Source of the DNA: Spizellomyces punctatus DAOM BR117
Taxonomy: Eukaryota
Direction: 5' to 3' (one strand)
NCBI GenBank assembly: GCA_000182565.2
Contig: KQ257462.1
DNA length: 64,000 nucleotides
The translations under genes were made by a program, and so were the position numbers. Of this stretch, positions 38,093-47,560 are shown in pieces (position 1 is the first letter of the stretch; every line of letters begins with the position of its first letter). The notes below the pieces were generated by a model. It had not been told where the DNA came from. It saw nothing but the letters and a program-made list of their open reading frames with translations, and ran no database searches.

Positions 38093-38840
38093 ATGGTTCT
38101 CGGCATCATAGGAATAATGGCCGGGGCCGTTGCCACTCCGCTGAGTGTAACTTCGGTCCCGACCTCTGCCGAGGGTGTGGCGGTTTCAACCGTAGGAACG
38201 GCGCAAAGCGCGGCTTCCCAAGGTCAAAATCAAGGTCAAAACGAGGGCGAGGCGGCAAGTACATCGGATCCACGTTTGGCCAAGTTCACGCTTGTCGCGC
38301 GGTGCGAGGCCAAATCTAAAACCCAAGTTGACGGCAAATGCGCCGTTCTGCGCAAGGGAAAGCTGTATTTGGACGACATCGACCCCGACAAGAGACAGTT
38401 CCCCGACGGCCACCCGTTCGATGGGTTCTATTTGGAATATCCATTCAAAAAAGGGGAAGGAGGGTCTCAGAGTCCTATGCTTGGTCTTGTTAGTACGATA
38501 CGAAAGAATCCACCGGAACTAAATTGGATCTATGTCGATGCCAATACATTGGAGGTAGGACTTTCAAATTTACATCTCCCTATCTGGTTGCCCAGGACTA
38601 ACAGCACGACTACAGCTCAAATACGGAAACAAGACGCAAAGCCTTCCCCACATCACTGGGCCGTGGGATTGGACGGATGACCAGGAGGGCCTGACCATTG
38701 AGGGGTGGGAGGGCTTTGTAGCACTTGAGGAGAGCAGCGAAATCTGGGCGCTTTATTACGACGAAGACGACGATCACCTGGCAGAATTGAGGGGCAAACG
38801 ACGGGTTTTGGAATGCATGTTGGACAGACAACTGCTTTGA
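38093..38840 (+). CDS. Conserved fungal hypothetical protein (GHPFxGF / NWIYVD / GPWDW / GWEGF motifs)
   Basis: Exons 38093-38554 and 38616-38840: MVLGIIGI...GHPFDGFYLEYP...GLVSTIRKNPPELNWIYVDANTLE/LKYGNKTQS...GPWDWTDDQEGLTIEGWEGFVALEE...WALYYDEDDD. Confidence 0.85.
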
Positions 38841-39269
38841 CAGTGTGGGGACGGACTTGGTGTACTCGATTATTTTTTGTGCACAGTGTACACGTTTTTG
38901 ATACAGCAATTAAGAACTAAAGCAACTTGTGTACGGGAATTCGCTACGAAGATGGATTACAGAGATCGGCGGCGAAACGTTCCCTCCAACGCGGGCAAGC
39001 CAGCTTTTGTCCATCGATCACGCTACGCTAAACTCGACGGAAACCAATCTTGTTGCAAATCTACAGGACACAGTAATCGTCGAGGGTAGTTCAGCAAATG
39101 TTTAGACAACAGGTTATACGGTATCGGTTTTACACTTTATGGATAAATACTATCTCGGTTCCCTACTACGGTTAACAGAGAAATCAAGAAATCAGTCCCT
39201 GTTGGTTGGAGATAACCATAGCGTTAGCTTTTCGGCCAACTAGAATGCGCAAAACATTACATGATGAAC

Positions 39270-39671
39270 TTACAGAAGCGAAAGCGTAATGTCGCCATGA
39301 ACTCTGGCTTTGAGCTGGACATCAACATCCAGGTTTAGCTCCAGCTTGAGCTTGAGAGTATCTCGACCGCGACGATCGCCGCCTTCGGACACCGCAGCGG
39401 CCGTGTGGGTGACCTGGGCTGTCGCGGGAACGACAACTTCTCGCATCTGGCCACCGGCCGTTTGGATCTGGCCAGTCATGGGAACGGTGTAGTCTCGCAC
39501 CTGGGTGGCAACGGGTGCAATGGTCTGGTCTGGATTGTAAGGAAGATCATTCATCGCTCCTTGCTGGAGTTGCGTTCTTCGGGTTCTGCGGCGTCGCCCG
39601 GGAGAGGCTTCGGGTGCGGGATTGCTCGGTTCGGGCGAGGGTGGATGACTGGCTCCTTCGGACTCGGACAT
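39270..39671 (-). CDS. Small protein with C-terminal LKLKLELNLDVDVQLKARVHGDITLSLL motif
   Basis: Intronless 133-aa ORF with a disordered N-terminus and an alternating-hydrophobic beta-like C-terminal 28-mer. Confidence 0.85.
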   Translation of the reverse strand: MSESEGASHPPSPEPSNPAPEASPGRRRRTRRTQLQQGAMNDLPYNPDQTIAPVATQVRDYTVPMTGQIQTAGGQMREVVVPATAQVTHTAAAVSEGGDRRGRDTLKLKLELNLDVDVQLKARVHGDITLSLL

Positions 39672-39855
39672 TGAGCTTGAGTTGATAGAGGAAATGTGGA
39701 AAAGAAGAGCGCCGGGAACGACGAAGGGTGCTTAGACGGTGTCCGGATGGTATTCAGATGGTATTTAGGTAAAGAGTATAACACAACGGGCGGAAGAGGA
39801 AAGCAGATTGCGGTTTTCTTTTCAAGTGAGTGGTGAACACACCGCACAGTAAAAT

Positions 39856-40067
39856 GGGGTTGGGCTTTGCAAATGCATATATATGTAGTCACGCTCTCTT
39901 GGCGGAACCCATACTTTTTCGTAAGGGGATTGGGGCTTGCAAATGCATATATATGTAGTCAAGCTCTCTTGGCGGAACCCATACTTTTTCGTAGGGGGAT
40001 TGGGGCTTGCAAATGCATATATATGTAGTCACGCTCTCTTGGCGGAACCCTACTTTTTGGTAAAGGG
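39856..40067. repeat. 70-bp tandem repeat x3 in a divergent promoter
   Basis: aaatgcatatatatgtagtc at 39871, 39941 and 40011, each followed by (c/a)gctctcttggcggaaccc. Confidence 0.95.
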
Positions 40068-40158
40068 CTGTCGTTTTCGAAGACTCGTCCATCTGTACCT
40101 TTGCCGACTGTAGCCATTTATTCTCTACTCCAGTGGAAAGAAAAAGTCAGAAGAGACT

Positions 40159-40688
40159 ATGTCGCCGCCGTTGATTCGCTCGGATTCCGTCTCGGTCATA
40201 ACCGTCTTATGCAACAACATTGGTCAGGTAGCGCTGCTTTCGTCGATGATTTCTCTGCAATCGTAACGCGTGAATCATCCTTTTTCTGGCGTCTTCAGGC
40301 GCTTTCTTTCTACGTCGGTCAGCTCGGCTTCGTGCTCAAATGTGATGAGATCGTCAACGGGGAGCGCTTGGTCATCGCAGCTCCCACGAACCTGACTGAA
40401 TTCACGCCAATGTGCTCACTGCGCTTCAGAGAAGCCTTCACCGCGCGCGACAAGGCTGTCGTTGGACAGCAGGGGGGCGACAGCATCTTTCTCCAGATCG
40501 AGTGCGATGATTGGGAGACTGTAGTCCATAAACTCACGACGATAGGGACTGCAAAATTGGGCAAAGTTAGGGAGGCGAAGCGTTACAGAGCAATCACCGT
40601 CAGTGATCCTATGGGAAATCTTGTCAATTTTGTGGAGAAAACGACCGCCACTCTTGGGACTGTCTTCACCAAGGATTGCGGTCACTGA
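40159..40688 (+). CDS. Glyoxalase/bleomycin-resistance (VOC) fold protein
   Basis: MSPPLIRSDSVSVITVLCNNIGQ, intron ~40228-40298, then ALSFYVGQLGF...VGQQGGDSIFLQIECDD...VSDPMGNLVNFVE (VOC motifs FYxxxLGF and DPxGN). Confidence 0.85.
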
Positions 40689-41199
40689 TTTGGAAAGGTT
40701 GCATATCTTGATAGGGGGTGCTTTGAAATAGCTGTATTTACCTGCCGAAAGAAAATCGCTGGTGATGAGCCTAGCATGTATTAGCACATGGCTGTGTCGT
40801 ATAAATGTGCAGTGATGCATAAGCCTTAAGTGCATATGTTAATTAGTTGTCCCAACTTTCATTTCCTTTCTTTTTTTTTTTTCCATGTAAGCACAGATCG
40901 AGTTAAGCTACTGCTGGTGAGCAACTCGGAAAACTGGAACATCAAAGAAATTTGTTCATGCAACGATTTCCGTGGTGGAGGCCGCATGGCATGATCCCGG
41001 TTATGCATGACCCGAGCCCGTTCCGCCGTAGACATTTTAGGTTTTTACCATTCATGACGCTATGTACCATTCCTCGCTCATCGGGTAGGACACATATAAC
41101 CTCTTCCCATCATTTGATTAGGACGCCCCGAGCCGGAGTTGTATATCGAAATTCCTCCTTCGTTGGCGAGGTGATCTTGAGCGGATGTTCTATAACAGG

Positions 41200-41936
41200 G
41201 TTCACCGGGCGTACTTTTAACCAAGACAACATTTGAGATGGGTGCAAACTGATGGTTGTTATACCTAATCAGGTACTTTGCTCTCGAAATGAGCCTGAAG
41301 TGGTCTCAATGGTGCTGCGGGCAATATATGCTACTCCCCGGCGTTGTAGTGACTATCCGATCATAGCCCTCGGCACATCTAGGCTTCATGAAAAGTACGC
41401 AAAAGAACTCAAAAATAGTTTGTGGGCTTTCGTGGGTCTGCCACAAAATTGAGGGCAGTGAATGACACACAGGTCAGGATTTCTCTTCGACGCTTGAATG
41501 GCGTGTTAAAGTTTGCAGCTTGCAGGTCATAAACCCCCAAGCGGGTGCATATGCAAATAGAAACGGCAATCTCACCTGGTGAGATCAAACCTGAAAGGAC
41601 GATAGAAGATGGAGATGTGTAGCAAGATAGCTGTTGTGAAAATTCGATTGCCGTCAGTATTATGCCCAAGTGGGCTATAACCTATCACCGCAAATCAAAT
41701 GACCGCCCTTTGAAAACTCCGCGCTTTGGTCCGAACATATCATGATGGTCCGCACATATGGTCCGTACAGAGGCGTTTCCCGGCCTCCTTTCTATATAGG
41801 AAAGGTCTCTGATATTCGCGATATATGTCGAACGGTTTATGGGGTAGGTGTGCTGGGTAGCAACCCGACCCTTGCCGTTCTGTAGCATGGCCAGACCTGC
41901 ATTGAAACCCGCAGGCAAATTATGGGTGCTGGTCAT
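41200..41936 (-). pseudogene. Pseudogene of unknown family
   Basis: ORFs 41685-41936 and 41409-41669 are in the same frame, separated by TGA TAG; further stops and frameshifts follow downstream. Confidence 0.5.
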
Positions 41937-43029
41937 TGAAATACGTTGTCCACTTATAGCTGTTCTATTTTAAGTCGAGGAAGCACCACCTGAGTATGAA
42001 GAGTCTGTAGACGAGACCCTTGTTCTTGAAGGTATGTATGTCACCTAAACGGACATGTAACTTTCTACGTCTGGCATCTAGTCGAATCGATCAATCACGC
42101 TGGTCCTGTAGCGATGAATTCCTACTGCCTCCTAAAGCCGCGGTTTACTGCCAATGCTTTTTGGGATCTTCGGATCGCGAGATCGTTCTCAGTTTCTCCC
42201 ATTACCTCCTATTCGTGGCGGCTTATCAAAATGCTTTCAGGATCGTTGGATCGTGAGATCATTCTCAGTTTCTCCCCGTAAGGGACAACTGCTCCAATGG
42301 GTCGGACCCAGTGCTCTCCCGATTGCGGCATATGCCAAAGCGCTGGGGGGTGGTAGCGAACTAGTCGACCTATTGGCTGTTTCCTTGCCTACATGACGGT
42401 CCGCGGTTCCAATCATGAAGTTTCGTATAGATATCCCCTCATGTGATCTTTTGAATGATATCTGTGTTCTCAGACTCGAGGAAACGCACTCAGGAAAAGG
42501 AATAAAAATCAAGGAAACGCTGCTCGGGAAGAGGAAAAGGACGAAGAGATGAGGAGGTGGGGCAAGCGTTTCACAGATTGTTTTGGAGTAAGCTACAGTT
42601 TGGCTTTACTTTATATGAAAACCTCATCCGTGTTGATTACAGGAATTGCGGGGACAGGCTGGCGGCAGTAGGGCCACAGGGTGAATTGATTATGAAAGAT
42701 TAACCTTCATGTACGTAGTTTTATTCAGTAAGATACTTTTTTCCATCTCCCAACGTCGGGCCAACCATTAAAGCTCCGTTAAAACCATCATAAATCTGTC
42801 CCTCAACGTTTACAATGTTCTCCTGTGGTTGTACTGGGCGTCATTGTACTTCAGATTGAGAGCCTGTATCTGGCCAAGCGTCTATATCGTTCAGACAACC
42901 CACCACTTGAACATCTAAACCCTTGTGAGCTCGGGTAGTCCCAGTTCCAGCGCTTTGAACCATCTCCCAAACCTTTGAGCCAATCCCAAATGTCCTGCAC
43001 GCTAGATGGGCAAAGGAAAAGAAAAGTCG

Positions 43030-46000
43030 CGACGCTAGAATACCCACCAAGAATAGGAACTGCAAGCATCACACCCAAGGAAATGCCCTCGTCACATCAC
43101 GGGCAAAAGAAAATAGGGTATAGACGTTGACAAACAAACTTGGCATCCAAAGCTATGGTGAACGCGCTGGCAGGATATGGCGCAAGGTATCAGTGCTCAA
43201 ACGATTACAGGACCCATCAAGAGTTGAACCCGAGTATCAAACCCATGCACGCAATATGGGTCAAATTACAATCAAGTCGCAGCGCTAGAGGACTCACCAA
43301 GAATTGGAACTCGAACATCAAACCGAACTCGACACAACACGGGCAAACGCCAATATAGATCGGCATCTGAACGTCGTGGTCGTTCAGAGCAGTTGTTTAC
43401 GACGCACAACTTGTCCATTACCTACAATACGGGCCAAAAGCATGGCAAAGCTCTTTTTTCTTTAGAGCAGCAACAACCTATAACCAATACATTATGGACT
43501 ATGGCAGTCTTACCACGGTCGATCAGCGCAATTGTCTACGAGGCGCTAAACATCAGTGTCCATTACCTACAATACGCAAAGTTGGCGGATAACTTTTTAG
43601 AGGGACTGTGGATGTTTAATCCACGGAAGTTTGAGGCAATAATAGAGGTCCTTTGATACTCTGGGTCGCGCTCGCCTGATGAAGGCAGCAAGTAATTCAT
43701 CTTGGCCGGAAGGTCTGGGGTAGTCCTTAAAAACTTGTCTGTGCTATTGTTCATCCAGAGAGGATCCAGCCATCTGCCACTCAAATTCAATCATTGGCGT
43801 TATGAAACGGCTGGAAAGAACAAGGAACTGTTGTCGCTTGACACAACAAGAGCAAAAAACGGGAGCGGTGCACATCAATCATCAGAGAACCCACCAAGAG
43901 TTGAACTCGAGCATCAAATCCAAGGAAAATGCTCTTATTGTGTCGAGCTTTTGGCATCACGCAAAGGTCGATCAGAGCAATTGTTCATGACGCGCAAATA
44001 TCAATGTCCAGTAACTACAATGAGGGCAACAGAAAAAGACATTTGTGCTATTGGGCACCTAGAGCGGAACCTGCCATTTGAACTCAAATTCAATCACCGG
44101 GAAAAGATGCCGTGCGTAATCAGAGAGCCCGCCAAGAGTTGAACTGAACCAATCTAGTGAGCATTGCATTAGGATGGAATAGCACCTGCTCTAACTTGAT
44201 CAAGCCCTTGGTGTATAACTCTATGCCGTCGTTGAGTGTCGAGCCTTTGACACAACAGGGGCACTCAACAAGCCGGTTTCCGCTGTCAAAGTTTTATTTT
44301 TCAGAAAACCACACTTTTCAGTGGTCATTGCAAGACGGTATGCACCGGAATGTAGCTATTATCGGGGCGGGTCAAGTAGGCATGGGATATATGCACTTTG
44401 GAAACGATAGTGCCTCTGGACTATGTGCTCCCATGAGAAAATGCTGTTTTATCTAGACGATTCACCGCTCGATTGCTCTACCGCTGATAATGCACTGCAT
44501 CGTTTGGTGAATTGGTGAATCTATCGACACACCACGCGACCGCTCTTACCGCTGATAATCCACTGCATCATTTGGTGAATTGGTGAATATATTGACAAGA
44601 AAATACCACAAATTGGAGCAGAGGACTGTGCTTTAAGTGTTGAAAGCGAGCAGAGTTTTGTCGTACAATCTAGGACAATCTCACCATTGGAGTGCTGTGA
44701 ACTGGCCTCGAGACGGCGAAAAGTGAGAATTCAAGTAAAATGCTGTATATAATTACGACGTGAACAAGATAACAACTCGTATCGAATATTTGATCGGTCA
44801 TTCAGCTATTCCAGTAGGCCATTTCATCAAACCTGGTTGACGCAGGCACTACAATGATCCTGCTATGCTCTGTCCGATCAAATCTTCGACACCAGTTGTA
44901 ATTAATATGTGAACAAGATACAAGTAGTACCTCAAGTTGAGCACACTCGGTAGAAACCCGCTGAGAACGAGGTGCGAGCCCATCGCGTAGCCATCTCAAC
45001 AGGGGAAAACCGCTGGCGTCAAAAGTCCTCCGTCCCGCCAGATGCAAATGGCAGACCAACAACCAAAGCCATTCACAGGAAGTGTTACCGGATTGCCGCG
45101 CTCTCAGCAGAGGCCTGCTAAGGCCTCTGCTGAGAACGCGGTGCGAATGGCCAAAAAAACATGACCTATACAGGACTCGCCGGGATTTGAACTTGGGACT
45201 CTTTGCCCTCTGCGATCATGTCCACTCGTGCAAACGCGCGGTCGAATGGCAGGAAAAAAAAGTTGTTGTACTGAATTTCCAGAGGACTCACCGAGATTTG
45301 AACTCGGGACCTATCGATCTGCAGTCGATTGCTCTACCACTGAGCTATAAGTCCCCATGTTATCACTTCTGATTCGTATTGCTCTATAGACCACTGAGCG
45401 TCCGTTATGACAGTGTGCCAGGACCTGTCGGTCCTGGCATACTGTCATAACTTGTCCATGTATACCACTCCCTACACTGTTATTTCCCGGGCTACCCCAA
45501 AATGTACACTCTAATGCTTTCACTTTCATGCACGCTGTCACGATAGGTCCTGGTGTACTGTCTTAAGTTGTCCATATTCCGACTATATAGTGTATAGCTA
45601 CAAGCCAAAGTCCATGTGGACAAGCAGATCAATTGCTTTACGACTAGTATCTAGCTGTTCATCAAACAAGTGTTTCTGCTGTGTTCCGGTTGTCTGTGCC
45701 ATGAAATAGTCAATATAGTTGTACCGCTGTCTAATCTCACTGCCGATCAAGGTTGTAGCAACGAATGTAGTCCACAGCGTCACTCGCTTCAAGGTTCGCT
45801 CGTCAAGTTTGCGTAAGCACAGTTTTTCACAATTATCTCACTTGCAGATCAATTGCTCTATCCTTTAGGTCCCGGTGCCACGATCATAATTTGTCCGTAA
45901 CGCCTATATAATGCATACCACTCACATGGAAGGGTTTACCAATCAAACATGGTAGTGGTGGTTGCATTCTTAAACTCACCATTTTATAGCTGTTGCAATA

Positions 46001-46130
46001 GCGGGATTAAGCTTGGTCAACGCCAACGCTTCTTTGGTACTGCCATATTTCTGCTCTGTAAACACTTCGAAATGAGTAGTATACCATTAATCACCCGGCA
46101 CCCCAATATGTACACTCTAATGCCTCAACT
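43030..46130. repeat. Degenerate repeat field containing tRNA-Cys-like fragments
   Basis: Variants of aggactcaccgagatttgaactc at ~43040, 43208, 43289, 43885, 44122 and 45172; gatcagagcaattgt...tgtccattacctacaat units at ~43380, 43520 and 43970; ~69-bp direct repeat at 44470-44600. Confidence 0.7.
45283..45354 (-). tRNA. tRNA-Cys (GCA)
   Basis: GGACTTA TA GCTC AGTGGTA GAGC A ATCGA CTGCAGA TCGAT AGGTC CCGAG TTCAAAT CTCGG TGAGTCC T: complete cloverleaf, GCA anticodon, U discriminator. Confidence 0.95.
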
Positions 46131-47089
46131 CAATTCAATGCACAGCACTGGAAGATACATCCCCTGCACATGTGTACCATTGCCTTGCGGAAAGCTCAGT
46201 GCACTGTCACGTTCGAGTTCTGCGTACGAGAAGCTTTTCAGAATTTTGGAGGGTTAGGGTATACTCGAGGCGGGCAGGGAGAGATGATTGCCAGGTCGTC
46301 GTCCAGTTTGCAAAGTGCATATCTGACTTTAGAGTTGGGCAGTCTCCAAGGTAATTCCCCCTCATACCGCATTCCTCGTATGTGTCCAGCGCTTAGCGCG
46401 AAACGTTAAAGCAGTATGTTAACTGTCTTTGTATTTTTATCAACTAGCAGGTTACGTTAAGGGCATGATTGTTAATCTCAAGTTGGTATGTGTCCTTTTC
46501 CACTGGCAAAAGTTCTTGTCTGCTGTAATTCCTCAATCAAATAACGCATGGAGACAGTCAGATAGAGTGTAGGGGTACTGTTGGGAGCCTTGTTGGAAGG
46601 ATAGGTATTAAAATAAAGGAAAGAAAAATCAAGTCTTGAGCCAAAATCGCAAACACCTTCTGCAGGAGCGTTGTCGCTTGCCCAGTGTGAGATAAGTCGC
46701 ATGATTTCCTCCGTTAAAATGCACGCACCTACGTGTTTTCAGCAACTGGCTAGCTTGTGCAGTACGCCTTAAACACTTCATCAGTAGGGTAAAGCTACTT
46801 GTGCGGTACTCCGTAACACTTCAATCATTAGGGTGCAGGAAATCTGTCTCATGACTGTCTAACGCTACTACCAGACTCATCTCGGCATTTCCTCCGAGCT
46901 TCATCATCCCCAGAGCCCCTCAGCTAATGATATCAAGTGTGAATCAATTAGCCTACTCACTCTCGCACAGTTTCCCGTGGGCTAGACTGTATATATTCCG
47001 CTTGCGCGGTACGTCTTACAGTCCTTGAACCCTTCGCCATGACTTGAGAAGCAAGTTTTAGGAGCTTGGCTGCGGATTACCCGATCTCA

Positions 47090-47560
47090 AAACATTATTA
47101 CCAACCCTAGGAAGGGCCCCACTGGTCTTTCAACCAATGCTTAGTAGCTTGAGCTTAAAGGGCTTCCCCGAACAAGTTGACGCTCTCTGCCACACGGCAG
47201 TCAAGCCAGAAGATCCTATCCGTATGTTACTTTCTTTTGCAAGTGCTGTTAAATACATGATTGCAATCTCAGTTGGTGTGTGCCATAAAAGAGTGCCCGG
47301 CGATTAACCGTGTAGGAGTGGTAGGTTATGTGGGCCAACAATGGTCACAGTAAGATCACCGATTGCCACCTTACAAGACCTAAAAGCAAACGGATTTTGA
47401 CAAATCAAGGCTTATTATTTGAAGAGGACGGCGAGTCCGGAAATTGGAGCATGTTGAGCATTTTGGACTCACCTCTCACTTCTCAGCTGCTAGCTCGGTT
47501 TGTGGGATAGCACTGCTACATCTTTAGGATCACTGATTCAATACAGAGTCTTGTGGTTCA
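47090..47560 (+). mobile_element. Relic of a Ty3/gypsy (chromovirus) integrase C-terminus
   Basis: P*EGPH at ~47105 resembles the PxWxGPY/F motif; EEDGESGNWSMLSILDS...QLLARFVG* at ~47420-47510 resembles a chromodomain (EYEVExILDS...YLVKWKG). Heavily decayed. Confidence 0.4.

Noticed and set aside
39856-40067. CRISPR-like array
   Set aside because: Units are contiguous tandem copies with no unique spacers; eukaryotic context and no cas genes.
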